Shown piece after piece: positions 8,725 through 18,872 of a stretch of 46,687 nt of DNA. The notes under the pieces are model-generated. The model was not told the origin of the DNA, ran no database searches, and worked only from the letters and a program-made list of their open reading frames with translations. The position numbers were made by a program, and so were the translations under genes. Within the stretch, counting starts at the first letter, position 1. The number at the start of each line of letters is the position of its first letter. Source of the DNA: Desulfomonilia bacterium (GTDB lineage Bacteria > Desulfobacterota > Desulfomonilia > UBA1062); assembly GCA_050014195.1 (NCBI GenBank), contig JBEKDT010000023.1, positions 1 through 46,687 on the forward strand, in the 5' to 3' direction.

Positions 8725-10082
8725 GACTCCTCCATGAAAGCCCGGTAGGCCAAGTAGGTGGAGTAGCAATCCACTTTGGAAGCAAGCTCGAAGGGTGCAT
8801 GCATGGAAAGTAGCGGCGGACCTGCATCGACGATATCCATACCGTACTCGGCGAGAAATTTCGCCACTGTCCCGCCGCCGCCCTCATCCACCTTGCCGAG
8901 CTCGCCGGTCTGCCAGGGGACATGTTTCCGGTTCAGGACAGACCTGAGCCAGCCGATATACTCCGCATGGGCCTCGCTGGAGCCCACCTTTCCCCGTGCC
9001 CCGGTGAACTTGGTGATGCAGACGCCGTAGCCCATGCGTGCTGCATTTGTCTTCTCGTGCACCTCAGGATAGTCCGGGTCCAGCGCACCGTTGGCATCGC
9101 CGGAGAGGGCCCTGCTCCTGAACAGGACACGTGACGGGTTGATGTCCTGTTTGAGCTTATCACCGAGCGCCCAGAGGACCTCTTCGAGAAACATGCTCTT
9201 GGCGCCCGTGTTGCCGTCACTGCCGATCTCTTCCTTGTCGACCAGCAGCACAATGGTGGTAAAGGCCACCTTCCGGGCATCAAACACAGCTGCAAAGGCT
9301 GCCCATGAGCAGACACGGTCATCCTGGCCGTAGGCACCGATCATCGAGGCATCAAAACCCACCTCGCGGGCTGGCCCTGCAGGGACCACCTCAAGGTCGG
9401 CCGAGACAAAGTCCTGTTCCACAATGCCGTACTTCTTATGCAGCAGCGTCAGGATCTGCCGCTTGACCTTATCTTCCTTGGCCCTCAGATCAGGCCGGGA
9501 GCCGCAGATGATGTTGAGCTTTTCGCCCACAAAGGCGTCCTCCAGCTTCTTGCCGTACTGGGCCTTGCCGGCCAGGTGGGGCAGCAGGTCCTCGATGGTG
9601 AGGCACGGCTCTTTCTCATCCTCGCCGATGACGATCTTCACCAGCTTCCCATCCTCCTTTGCCACTACGCCGTGGAGGGAGAGCGGACGGGCAAGCCACT
9701 GGTATTTCTTGATCCCGCCGTAGTAGTGGGTCTTGAGCATGGCGAGCTCGGTATCCTCGTAGAGCGGGTTGGCTTTCAGGTCGATCCTGGAGCTGTCGAG
9801 GTGCGCCACCACGATCCTGATGCCATCGGACAGCGGCCGCATGCCGGTGCGGCACAGGGCCATGGCCTTGCCGCGATTGTCCATGACGGTAAGGCCCTTG
9901 TCGCGGGATGCCTTGTCCTTGATATAGCCGACAGCCTCGCGCTCGGTCTTCACCTCGGAGAGGAACCGGATATATTCACGGCAGTACGTCTCGACCCTCC
10001 CCTCTTTCCCCTGGAGGATCTCCCATCCTGACTTAGGTTTGTTGGCCAGTACATTCTTCTGTGTCTGCTTTTTCCTGGGCAT
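8721..10082 (-). CDS. M18 family aminopeptidase
   Basis: KTERE, AHLDSSRIDLK, HYYGGIKKYQW, YGQDDRVC, DKEEIGS, GGGGTVA, LSMHAPFE. Confidence 0.93.
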   Translation of the reverse strand: MPRKKQTQKNVLANKPKSGWEILQGKEGRVETYCREYIRFLSEVKTEREAVGYIKDKASRDKGLTVMDNRGKAMALCRTGMRPLSDGIRIVVAHLDSSRIDLKANPLYEDTELAMLKTHYYGGIKKYQWLARPLSLHGVVAKEDGKLVKIVIGEDEKEPCLTIEDLLPHLAGKAQYGKKLEDAFVGEKLNIICGSRPDLRAKEDKVKRQILTLLHKKYGIVEQDFVSADLEVVPAGPAREVGFDASMIGAYGQDDRVCSWAAFAAVFDARKVAFTTIVLLVDKEEIGSDGNTGAKSMFLEEVLWALGDKLKQDINPSRVLFRSRALSGDANGALDPDYPEVHEKTNAARMGYGVCITKFTGARGKVGSSEAHAEYIGWLRSVLNRKHVPWQTGELGKVDEGGGGTVAKFLAEYGMDIVDAGPPLLSMHAPFELASKVDCYSTYLAYRAFMEES

Positions 10083-10120
10083 CTTCTACCTTGCCTGCTG
10101 CATGAATTTTTTTAGGGGCC

Positions 10121-11134
10121 TTATTGGAATCTCCCCGGTATGATATGGCTGCAATATTCGCACGCTTGGCCCTTCATGGCGATTCGTTCAATAAAGTACC
10201 CCTTGCGTGCAATGATCAACTTCTTGCAGTTGGGACAGTAGGTATTCTCTCCAACGTGTCCCATGACATTCCCACTATACACGAAATTAAGCCCCTCACT
10301 CAATCCGATTTCCCGCGCCCGCTCGATGGTCTTTATTGGTGTGGGTGGTGCGGAGTCGTATTTGTAACGTGGATAGTACCTGCTGATGTGCCAGGGGATG
10401 TCAGGGTTTATGGAGCTGATGAAAGAGGCGATGTCGCGCATCTCTTCATCCGAGTCGTTTTCGCCCGGGATGAGAAGCGTGGTGATCTCTATCCATATAC
10501 CGTTGTCATGGTAGGTCTGGATGGCATCCAGAACCGGGGCGAGCCTGGCCGAACACAGCTTCCTGTAGAAGTTCTCGGTGAAGGCCTTGAGGTCGATGTT
10601 GGCGGCATGGATGGTACCCTTGAGATCGCTCGCTATTACCTCGGGGGTTGTATAGCCGTTGGTGATCATATTGTTGAAGAGCCCCCGGTCCTTTGCCAGA
10701 ACCGCCGTATCGAGTGCATACTCAAGGTAGATCGTGGGCTCGGTGTAGGTATACGATATGCTCTTACATCCGCTTCGCAAGGCAGCCGAGACAACAGCTT
10801 CAGGCAAGAGCTCATCTCCTGTGATGCGGCCTGAATCCTGGGGATACTGCGAGATATCGCTGTTCTGACAGAAGGCGCACTTGAAGTTGCACCCCACCGT
10901 GGCAATGGAAAAAGAAGAAGAGCCCGGCAGAAAATGGAACAGGGGTTTTTTTTCTATGGGGTCTACGTTGGCCGAGATGCTCCTTCCCCATACGAGGCTG
11001 TAGAGCACCCCGCCCTCGTTCTTCCTGACCCCGCAGACACCCGTCTTTGAATCGGCGATGAGACACCGGTGGGCGCACAGAAAGCACCGCACCTTGTTCT
11101 CATCCGCCTTAACCCAGAAACGGGCCTGCTTCAT
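10121..11134 (-). CDS. amrS: AmmeMemoRadiSam system radical SAM enzyme
   Basis: CFLCAHRC, VDPIEKKPLFHF, GCNFKCAFCQN (CxxxCxxC), YTYTEP, ANIDLK, C-terminal CPNC/CEYC. Start 11134 overlaps the ilvD stop. Confidence 0.9.
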   Translation of the reverse strand: MKQARFWVKADENKVRCFLCAHRCLIADSKTGVCGVRKNEGGVLYSLVWGRSISANVDPIEKKPLFHFLPGSSSFSIATVGCNFKCAFCQNSDISQYPQDSGRITGDELLPEAVVSAALRSGCKSISYTYTEPTIYLEYALDTAVLAKDRGLFNNMITNGYTTPEVIASDLKGTIHAANIDLKAFTENFYRKLCSARLAPVLDAIQTYHDNGIWIEITTLLIPGENDSDEEMRDIASFISSINPDIPWHISRYYPRYKYDSAPPTPIKTIERAREIGLSEGLNFVYSGNVMGHVGENTYCPNCKKLIIARKGYFIERIAMKGQACEYCSHIIPGRFQ

Positions 11135-12792
11135 CAGTCCTCGTACCTCGCGCCCTTGTCCGCTGACAGGCTCATCCGTGCGTAGCGCTTGAGCACGCCT
11201 GTGAGCTCCTTCCTGGGCGGAGCCCATGCCTTTTTCCTCTTCGCAAGCTCGGCTGCATCCACCAGAAGGTCGAGCCTGCGCCCCGGGATATCTATATTGA
11301 TAATATCACCTTCTTTTACCAATGCAATGGGTCCGCCCTGGGCCGCCTCAGGGGAGCAATGGCCGATGGCCGCTCCACGGGTGCCGCCGGAGAACCTTCC
11401 GTCGGTGATGAGCGCCACATCCTTATCGAGTCCCATGCCCGCGATGGCGGATGTGGGGGTGAGCATCTCGCGCATGCCGGGACCTCCCTTGGGGCCTTCG
11501 TATCTGATGACCACGATATCGCCTTTCTTGATGCCGCCTGCAAGGATCACCTTGGCTGCCTTTTCTTCCGAGTCAAACACCCGGGCCTTGCCCTTTCGCT
11601 TCATCATCTCTGGTGAAACGCCCGACTGCTTCACGACCGCACCATCCGGCGCCAGCGTGCCCTTGAGGATGGCGATCCCGCCTTCTTTGTGGTAGGCCTT
11701 GGCAATAGGCCGGATGACATCGTCATCCAGTATGCGCGCTGCCTTCAGATTATTGCCCAGGGTCTTGCCCGTTGCCGTCATCACCTTGGTATTCAACACC
11801 TTTAACTCGGCAATGCGCTTCATGACCGCCTGGATGCCTCCTGCGCGGTACAGGTCCTCGATGTGATGGGGCCCTGCGGGTGAGAGGGAGCACAGGTGGG
11901 GCACCTTTGCGCTCATGGCATTGAAATCGTCCAGGTTCAGCTTGATGCCCGCTTCATACGCGACGGCAGGCACATGGAGAACGGTGTTGGTGGAGCAGCC
12001 CAGTGCCATGTCCACGGCAATGGCGTTCTTGAAGGCGGCAGGGGTTGCGATTGCACGGGGCTTTATCCCTTTTCCCAGCAGCTCCATGACCTTCATGCCC
12101 GCATGCTTTGCAAGCCTGATGCGTTCGGAGAACACCGCAGGGATGGTGCCGTTGCCGGGCAGTCCTAGGCCCAATGCCTCTGTCAGGCAGTTCATGGAGT
12201 TGGCCGTGTACATGCCCGAGCATGACCCGGCACCGGGGCAGGCGCACCCTTCGAGCTCTGCAAGCTCTGATACGGTCATGGTGCCTGCCTTGACCCTGCC
12301 GACTCCTTCGAATACGCTGATAAGGTCAACAGGTTTGCCGTGGAGCGTCCCGGCCAGCATGGGGCCGCCGGAGACCACGATAGCAGGGATATTGAGCCGC
12401 AATGCCGCCATGAGCATGCCCGGCACGACCTTGTCGCAGTTTGGGATGAACACCAGGGCATCAAAGGCATGGGCAAACGCCACGAGCTCTATGGAGTCGG
12501 CGATGATCTCCCGGGAAGGCAGCGAATACTTCATGCCTGCATGGTTCATGGCGATGCCGTCACAGATGCCGATGACCGAAAACTCCATGGGTGTTCCGCC
12601 TGCCATGCGCACACCTGCCTTCACTGCATCGGCGATCTGGCGCAGGTGTATGTGTCCGGGGATGATCTCGTTTGCGGAGTTTACTATGCCCACAAAGGGA
12701 CGTGCTATCTCCTCGTCGGTCAGGCCGCATGCCTTGAGCAGTGATCTGTGGGGTGCCTTTTCAATAGATTTCTTTGTCTGGTCGCTTCGCAT
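11134..12792 (-). CDS. ilvD: Dihydroxy-acid dehydratase
   Basis: [55 protein letters not shown]. Confidence 0.97.
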   Translation of the reverse strand: MRSDQTKKSIEKAPHRSLLKACGLTDEEIARPFVGIVNSANEIIPGHIHLRQIADAVKAGVRMAGGTPMEFSVIGICDGIAMNHAGMKYSLPSREIIADSIELVAFAHAFDALVFIPNCDKVVPGMLMAALRLNIPAIVVSGGPMLAGTLHGKPVDLISVFEGVGRVKAGTMTVSELAELEGCACPGAGSCSGMYTANSMNCLTEALGLGLPGNGTIPAVFSERIRLAKHAGMKVMELLGKGIKPRAIATPAAFKNAIAVDMALGCSTNTVLHVPAVAYEAGIKLNLDDFNAMSAKVPHLCSLSPAGPHHIEDLYRAGGIQAVMKRIAELKVLNTKVMTATGKTLGNNLKAARILDDDVIRPIAKAYHKEGGIAILKGTLAPDGAVVKQSGVSPEMMKRKGKARVFDSEEKAAKVILAGGIKKGDIVVIRYEGPKGGPGMREMLTPTSAIAGMGLDKDVALITDGRFSGGTRGAAIGHCSPEAAQGGPIALVKEGDIINIDIPGRRLDLLVDAAELAKRKKAWAPPRKELTGVLKRYARMSLSADKGARYED

Positions 12793-12890
12793 GGAATGTC
12801 CTCTCATTATCAGAGCATCAAGAATTAAAGTATTACACTAATGGGTCTGGTTTTCAAGAAGCGATAAGCTTTCAGCTCTTAAAACGAAGA

Positions 12891-12946
12891 AACAACAAGG
12901 GTGCAGATTCACGTCTTACTTGGTATGAGCCTGCACCCTTGTTGTT
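12891..12946 (-). terminator. Long hairpin terminator
   Basis: AACAACAAGGGTGCAG...CTGCACCCTTGTTGTT, 16-bp arms, T-rich tail on the minus strand. Confidence 0.7.
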
Positions 12947-12953
12947 AATATGG

Positions 12954-13001
12954 TTAAGCGTGGCGTCTCTTGATGTTTCCCATCTGTTCATGCTTTTTCA
13001 T
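12954..13001 (-). CDS. Putative 15-aa peptide MKKHEQMGNIKRRHA
   Basis: Strong SD AAGGAGGT 7 nt before the ATG; lies between the 91-aa gene and the terminator. Confidence 0.35.
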   Translation of the reverse strand: MKKHEQMGNIKRRHA

Positions 13002-13076
13002 GGCCGTTACCTCCTTCTTTTGTCCTCCCGGTTTCCTGTTCCCTCCGGGAGGATCTGAGGCTTCTTTATAATATCC

Positions 13077-13352
13077 TCAGCTCACGAGGGTCTTCACTGC
13101 TTCAATAACCGGGGCGGTGAACAGGACCACAAGCACTGCATACAGCGCAAAAGATCCCACTGCCTCGCTCAGGTACATCCTCGGATAACGGTGCTTCAGA
13201 GAAATAATGGTCAACCCACCCATGATCAGGCAGCCGAGGTGGAAGTAGGGGAAGCTGTTGCCGCCTGACGTTGCAGCAGCTGCAAATGCAAACGTACCAG
13301 TGATCATCACCACGAACATCGCTACGATTATTGTCTGTATTGTCCTTTTCAT
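13077..13352 (-). CDS. Small membrane protein, 91 aa, function unknown
   Basis: SD AGGAGG; signal-like N-terminus ending AFA, plus two further hydrophobic helices. Confidence 0.75.
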   Translation of the reverse strand: MKRTIQTIIVAMFVVMITGTFAFAAAATSGGNSFPYFHLGCLIMGGLTIISLKHRYPRMYLSEAVGSFALYAVLVVLFTAPVIEAVKTLVS

Positions 13353-13393
13353 TGTCAGCCCCTCCTGTTTGTTTTCTTTCTACATATCTATAA

Positions 13394-13410
13394 GGCAACC
13401 ACCGTGCCAA
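13394..13410 (-). promoter_or_regulatory. Sigma54 (-24/-12) promoter
   Basis: Minus strand TTGGCACGGTGGTTGC matches TGGCACG-N4-TTGC, about 40 nt upstream of the 91-aa gene. Confidence 0.8.
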
Positions 13411-13596
13411 CTGTTAAGATCAGGGTAAATTATTTATAAGGTATTAATAACAGGATGCTTAATAGATATGCATCATGGGTGTGATACGAAACAGACCTTT
13501 AAAAGGCATGTTCAATGAAATAGAATGTTCAGCATGACTTTAAAGAAACGTTTAATGAAATCTTGCATGCAGGATATCATTATTATAGAGTAGATA

Positions 13597-13656
13597 TGTA
13601 GGAGCGCCTTCAGGCGCGACCCATTTTTGGATGTCGCGGCTAAAGCCGCTCCTACA
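13597..13656. repeat. REP doublet (REPIN-like)
   Basis: TGTAGGAGCGCCTTCAGGCGCGA-cccatttttggatg-TCGCGGCTAAAGCCGCTCCTACA; differs from 4771-4829 by one T in the spacer. Confidence 0.9.
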
Positions 13657-13793
13657 AGTTCCGATACCCCTCGAGTGTAAAAACCTGGTTAATCGTCACC
13701 CCCACCGAGCCCACAAGTCAGCAGGTCAGCCGAAGAGGAAAACGGACTTTATAGAGACACTATGGTGTCCTAAACCATGATACGCTACCCTAC

Positions 13794-16508
13794 CTAAGGA
13801 TTTGGGCCTTCGGTTACCTGGATCAGGTCATCGAGACGGAGCCATCTGGCAAAGGCCTCTCTGACCTCTCCGCTGGTAAGTTTTACATAGTGCCGGGCTG
13901 CCAGGGTCGGCTCATCAAGAGGCAGGTCCAGTTCGGTTCGGTGAATAAACCCTGAGGCAATGCTGTCCACACTTGATTCGGACAACGGTATCTCCCGTAT
14001 GAGTAATGCCTTGGCCTGTTGCAGCTCTTCCGGACTCACCGGGGTACTGCGCATTTCTTTTAGATTGTGCTCCACCATGGCGCGCGCTTTCTTCACATTC
14101 TGCGGGTCGCACGCATATTCAACGCTGTAAAGCGCCCGGGTCTGATTCACATCGAATGATGAAGATACGTGGTACACGAGTCCGGCATTTTCCCTCAGGT
14201 CTCTGAACAGCCGTGTGGCATAGAAGCCGCCGCCCAGGACATGGTTGCCCAGCTGCAAGGCATAATAATCCGGGTTTGCCCTGGTAAGCCCAAGGGTTTC
14301 TGCCAGGGTCACCATGTCCTGTACGCGGCTTGCATTCGGCACATACGTGTTGGATGGTCCGTTGGCCGGTACGGGATTAAGGAGTGTTTCAGGCCTTGGT
14401 TCCTCCGGGGCCTTCCATTGACCGAAGTACTTCTCGATAACCATCTTGGCCCTCTCGGGCGTAATCTTACCGATGACCACCATGGTGGCAAGGTCGGGGC
14501 GGAAGACCTTTCGGTAATACCCCTTCACGTCCTGGATGCTGACCGATGAGATCGTAGACGGTGTGGCCTGGCGCAGCGTCGGGTCGTTTTCGGGGAAAAG
14601 GGCCTTGTTGATGGCATGCCCTGCAAAATAGCCGGGACTCTTCAGGAGTCCGGCCACCCTATCGGCCTCCTGCCGGCGGACTGTCTCAAAGTCATTCTCG
14701 GGCAGGGCCGGATGAAGCTCATTTTCGGCCAGGAGCTGCACACCGCGGTCGACCTTTTCGGCCAGGACCTGAAGGCTGAAATCCGTCCCTGCGGACTCAT
14801 AAGCGCCTATGTCATCGATTGCCTTCAGGAATGCCACACGGTCAAGCGATGTCGTACCGAACGAGAAGAGCTTGTCGAGCATATCATCTACACCCTCTTT
14901 GCCTGCAGGAACTTCAAGATCGGGATTGTTCCTGACATGGCCGTATATGCTGATAGTATTGCTTACGGATTCGCCCTGCACGATGAGCTTGATTCCATTG
15001 GGCAGAACACTCACCACGGGATTCAGGGTGGAGGTGGGAATAGAGAGCCTCTTCAACGATTCTTTAGCCCAATCGGGAAGCTTGACGGGTGTGGCCTGCC
15101 TGGGCGTGAAAGACTCCGGTCCGCCAAAGCCCTTGGAAAGGACTGGCTGGCCGGAAGGTGTAGGTGTGAGGATTGCCGTTATGGAATGATCCAGGTCGAT
15201 GTATGTGCGCGCGAGGCGATTGACATCTTCCACGGATACTTTCCTGATGGCGTTCACATCATCCTCAGGAGACCCCCTGCCCTCAACGGCCAGTGCCCTC
15301 GACCAGGCAAAAGCCAGCCCGGAGACCGAATTCTTTTCCAGCTCCGCATCCGCCTCTTTATGCCTTTTGGCAGCCTCCACCATGTCGGCGGGTACCCCGT
15401 GGCTCTTCACTGAGGACAAGACCTTTTGCAGATCGTCCATCAGCGCCTTTGAGTCTTTCCCCTGGGGAAATGTAGCTATCGCATAGCTGAGACCGGCCTT
15501 GGGTAAGGCCTCCATCTGAAAATCCATATCCAGCGCCTTCCCTTCGGGCACCAGCGCATACAGGAGGCTACGCTGACTGTCCAGCACATCGGCCAGCACC
15601 AGGGCTGCAGCATAATCCGGGCTGTCGTAGCCCGGCATGCGGAATGCGGTTACGACCATCCCGTAGGGTCTGTCGGTATAGAGATTGATGGTCTTTGGTG
15701 TCACGGGTTCCAGATGAATTTCAGGCCTTGCAGGAAGTTTTCTGAAAGGGATATCGCCGAAGTGACGCTTGACCTCAGCCAGGGCGTCTGCAGGCTGCAC
15801 ATTGCCGACAATGACCAGGAGGGCGTTATTGGGTGCATACCAGGTATCATGGAACTTCTTGAGCATGGCGCCCGTAGTCTTGTCAAAGGATGAGCGGGTG
15901 CCCAGCGCATCGTGCTCATAGGGTGTGCCTTTGAACATGGCCTCAAGGAGCCGGGAGTAGAAAATATATTCGGGAACGGACAGGTCCTGGGCCACCTCCT
16001 GTTCTATGGCTCCCCTCTCCTGACCCCACAGTTCTTCGCTGTCAAGGACACTACGCATGCGTATGGCCTCGATGTGCAGGGCCAGACCCAAGTCTTCTGC
16101 GGGAACGGTGAAAAAGTATTGGGTTACATTCTGCCGGGTATTTGCGTTGAACATGCCGCCCATGGCAGACGTTATGTTTGCCAGTTGACCTGCGGATAGC
16201 CCCTTGCTGCCGCGGAACATCATATGTTCCTGGGCATGCGCCATACCCGGGAAACCTTCGGGAGACTCATCTGAGCCGACCATATAGTTGAGGACTATCG
16301 TCACCACCGGGGCTAACGGGTTATGCACAACGACCACGCGTAGCCCATTATCCAGGGTGGCGCGCATCACCCCTTCTTCCGGCCCGATTGAACTATCATC
16401 AGCCCGAACAAGCGGTACTAAAACCAACAATGCCAGGAGTGTTAGAAACCCGAATGCATCAACAACCCGTAAGAAGTATCCGGACCAATGCCGTCTGCGG
16501 CACGACAT
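13794..16508 (-). CDS. Secreted M16 (pitrilysin/PqqL-like) zinc peptidase, two-subunit fusion; start uncertain
   Basis: HxxEH motif AHAQEHMMFRGS, NANT, second half with GGGFYATRLFRDLRENAGLVY; hydrophobic signal peptide. Confidence 0.88.
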   Translation of the reverse strand: MSCRRRHWSGYFLRVVDAFGFLTLLALLVLVPLVRADDSSIGPEEGVMRATLDNGLRVVVVHNPLAPVVTIVLNYMVGSDESPEGFPGMAHAQEHMMFRGSKGLSAGQLANITSAMGGMFNANTRQNVTQYFFTVPAEDLGLALHIEAIRMRSVLDSEELWGQERGAIEQEVAQDLSVPEYIFYSRLLEAMFKGTPYEHDALGTRSSFDKTTGAMLKKFHDTWYAPNNALLVIVGNVQPADALAEVKRHFGDIPFRKLPARPEIHLEPVTPKTINLYTDRPYGMVVTAFRMPGYDSPDYAAALVLADVLDSQRSLLYALVPEGKALDMDFQMEALPKAGLSYAIATFPQGKDSKALMDDLQKVLSSVKSHGVPADMVEAAKRHKEADAELEKNSVSGLAFAWSRALAVEGRGSPEDDVNAIRKVSVEDVNRLARTYIDLDHSITAILTPTPSGQPVLSKGFGGPESFTPRQATPVKLPDWAKESLKRLSIPTSTLNPVVSVLPNGIKLIVQGESVSNTISIYGHVRNNPDLEVPAGKEGVDDMLDKLFSFGTTSLDRVAFLKAIDDIGAYESAGTDFSLQVLAEKVDRGVQLLAENELHPALPENDFETVRRQEADRVAGLLKSPGYFAGHAINKALFPENDPTLRQATPSTISSVSIQDVKGYYRKVFRPDLATMVVIGKITPERAKMVIEKYFGQWKAPEEPRPETLLNPVPANGPSNTYVPNASRVQDMVTLAETLGLTRANPDYYALQLGNHVLGGGFYATRLFRDLRENAGLVYHVSSSFDVNQTRALYSVEYACDPQNVKKARAMVEHNLKEMRSTPVSPEELQQAKALLIREIPLSESSVDSIASGFIHRTELDLPLDEPTLAARHYVKLTSGEVREAFARWLRLDDLIQVTEGPNP

Positions 16509-16869
16509 CCGGCGGTTATCAATGCCTCCCCGGGTTAAACCGTTGCTGGAATAATTGTGAATGTGCATATTTTTCCCCATCCGGCACTTGTATGTGACTG
16601 ATGTCCACACATGCAAGCGAAATGATCTTTACGGCCTTTGCAGCCCCCTCCTCATAGTTAGTCCGGGGGCCTTAAGAATCAAGAGCAGGATATGCCTTCC
16701 TCAAGTGAGACATGAATGAGGGCATGAAACAGGAATTATGTCTGTAAATCGAAGTAAATGGTTGAGCAAACATTACCTGAATCACATTCCAACGATAATA
16801 GTCCCTTGAATATTTAACTCCGGATCCTATTTGTATTTTATTATCCATCAAATATAATGGAGGGTTGAA

Positions 16870-17970
16870 ATGACTGGAAATGCTCTCTTGAAGCCTGTAA
16901 AGATCGGGCACTACGATTTTCCGAACCGTGTATTCATGGCCCCCATGACACGCAGCCGTGCAGACAACATCGAGAACGCGCCGACATCGCTCCATGCTCA
17001 GTACTATTCCCAGCGCGCCTCAGCAGGCCTCATCATTACCGAAGGGTCACAAGTCTCCAGACAGGGTGCCGGTTACATCAACACGCCGGGCATTTACAGC
17101 CCTGCCCAGATCGAGGGTTGGAAGCTCGTTACAAAGGCGGTACATGACAAAGGCGGGCACATATTTATCCAGATCTGGCATGTCGGCCGCATATCGCATC
17201 CTGATTTTCATGACGGTGAGCTTCCGGTAGCGCCATCCGCCATAAACCCCCACGACCGCTCTTACACACCCCAGGGGTTTAAGGAAACGGTAACACCCCG
17301 CGCACTCACCATAGACGAGATACACGGCATTACCCAGGATTTCAAGAAAGCCGCAGAAAATGCCATCACAGCCGGCTTCGACGGCATCGAGATCCATTCA
17401 GCCAATGGGTATTTGTTCCATCAGTTCTTCACCAACTGCTCCAATACACGCACCGACCAATACGGCGGCAGCCATGAAAACAAGGCACGATTTTTCTTCG
17501 AAACACTGGATGCCGTGGTCAAGGCAATAGGCCCGGAAAAGGTAGGGATACGGCTGAATCCCTCGGCACATGGCTTTTTCGGCATCACCATTGACAAAGA
17601 TACCATCCCCACCTTTGAATACATTGTTGAGCGGTTGAATGATTACAAGAGACTCGCCTATGCCCATCTCGTCGAACCCATGCTCCCGGTGGATGACGTC
17701 CCATTTGCCGTTAAGGAAATCGCAAAACATTTCCGGCCGCGCTACAAGGGGATACTCATCATCAACTGCGGCTTCAACCCTGAGAGCGGCAACCATGTTA
17801 TTGAAGAGGGTTTGGCGGATGCCGTATCTTTTGGTAAGTACTTTATATCGAACCCTGACCTGGTGGAGCGTATCCGCCTGGGCGCCCTTCTGGCAGAGCC
17901 TGACCTGCATACATACTATACCCCCGGGCCAAAGGGTTATACCGACTATCCGACCCTTGTCCTAAGCTGA
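16870..17970 (+). CDS. Old yellow enzyme family alkene reductase (NemA-like)
   Basis: MAPMTRSRA, YYSQRASAGLIITEG, QIWHVGR, EIHSANGYL, RTDQYGGS, KGYTDYP. Confidence 0.95.
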   Translation: MTGNALLKPVKIGHYDFPNRVFMAPMTRSRADNIENAPTSLHAQYYSQRASAGLIITEGSQVSRQGAGYINTPGIYSPAQIEGWKLVTKAVHDKGGHIFIQIWHVGRISHPDFHDGELPVAPSAINPHDRSYTPQGFKETVTPRALTIDEIHGITQDFKKAAENAITAGFDGIEIHSANGYLFHQFFTNCSNTRTDQYGGSHENKARFFFETLDAVVKAIGPEKVGIRLNPSAHGFFGITIDKDTIPTFEYIVERLNDYKRLAYAHLVEPMLPVDDVPFAVKEIAKHFRPRYKGILIINCGFNPESGNHVIEEGLADAVSFGKYFISNPDLVERIRLGALLAEPDLHTYYTPGPKGYTDYPTLVLS

Positions 17971-18003
17971 GAAGAGGTCTTTTGAGTTTCGTCGCATATT
18001 TAA

Positions 18004-18246
18004 GGTTCATCACCGTAAAGCATACTTGGATTTTTGAGGAGCACACAGAGGGATATCTAACCACGAAGAGCACGAAGGACACGAAGAAAAGAATTCTCTT
18101 GAAATCTCTGACCGGGGGAAAGGAATCCAAGAATGTTCGTTCTGCATTTCTTATATTTTTTTCGTGCTCTTCGTGTCCTTCGTGGTGAGAACAATGGACT
18201 AGAAAAAGAATGCAAACCATAAAAGTATGCTTCATAGCGAAGAACC
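18004..18246. mobile_element. MITE copy 1 (probably ISL3-derived), no gene cargo
   Basis: 24-bp imperfect TIRs GGTTCATCACCGTAAAGCATACTT / AAGTATGCTTCATAGCGAAGAACC; direct repeat ATATTTAA at 17996-18003 and 18247-18254; inner inverted CACGAAG arrays at 18060-18085 and 18161-18186; arms near-identical to 31996-32544. Confidence 0.85.
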
Positions 18247-18361
18247 ATATTTAATATATCATGTGAGGGTGGAATCATGGCAATAATCAAGAAAATGAAC
18301 CTCCTTTTCCCTGTGTTCGCCTTTCTTGAAGTGTCTTGGCCAAGGTGGTATAGCCTTTTTT

Positions 18362-18760
18362 ATGCGATTCACCATCAGCTTTGCCACCCATGGACGGGAA
18401 GAGCTTGTAGACATTACCGAGAGGGTCCGTACCATTGTCGGTGCGCATGGCAAGGGACATGAGCTGTGCGCGCTGTATGCACGCGGGGCAACGGCTGCCA
18501 TTATGATCCAGGAGAACTGGGACCCAAATATAAGGATAGACGTAGTGACCTGTCTGAAGACCCTTGTCCCCCGGGGGAACTGGTTGCATGACCTGGAAGA
18601 CGGCAACGGTGACGCCCACATAAAGGCAGGCATCATCGGACCATCCGAGGTCATCCCCGTCGAAGACGGCAAACTCCTGCTGAGCACCTGGCAGAATATA
18701 TTCTTCTGTGAGTTTGACGGGCCGCGGCAGAGCAGGGATGTGATCGTCACGCTTGTGTAA
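18362..18760 (+). CDS. yjbQ: YjbQ family protein (UPF0047)
   Basis: ATAAIMIQEN, HD..DGNGDAHIKA, LSTWQNIFFCEFDGPR. Confidence 0.9.
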   Translation: MRFTISFATHGREELVDITERVRTIVGAHGKGHELCALYARGATAAIMIQENWDPNIRIDVVTCLKTLVPRGNWLHDLEDGNGDAHIKAGIIGPSEVIPVEDGKLLLSTWQNIFFCEFDGPRQSRDVIVTLV

Positions 18761-18872
18761 GGAATGAATTCATGGCAAAAAATACTAAAGTCTCCTGGTT
18801 TGTGAATTATGGAAACAAAAGAGATACATATTCTTTCAATAGTATTATGTGGCGCATGACCAAGAAGGGCTT

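Noticed and set aside
12954-13001. 15-aa peptide as an ilvD attenuator leader
   Set aside because: Only one Ile and no Leu or Val codons; no antiterminator seen; a separate TTGAAA...TAATAC promoter candidate lies between the hairpin and ilvD.
13660-13790. Unexplained GC-balanced intergenic stretch
   Set aside because: No ORF, repeat or RNA motif that I could support.
17843-18290. ORFs with HHEGHEEHE / FVSFVLFVV repeats (also 31961-32636)
   Set aside because: Artefacts of the 9-mer arrays in the MITE.
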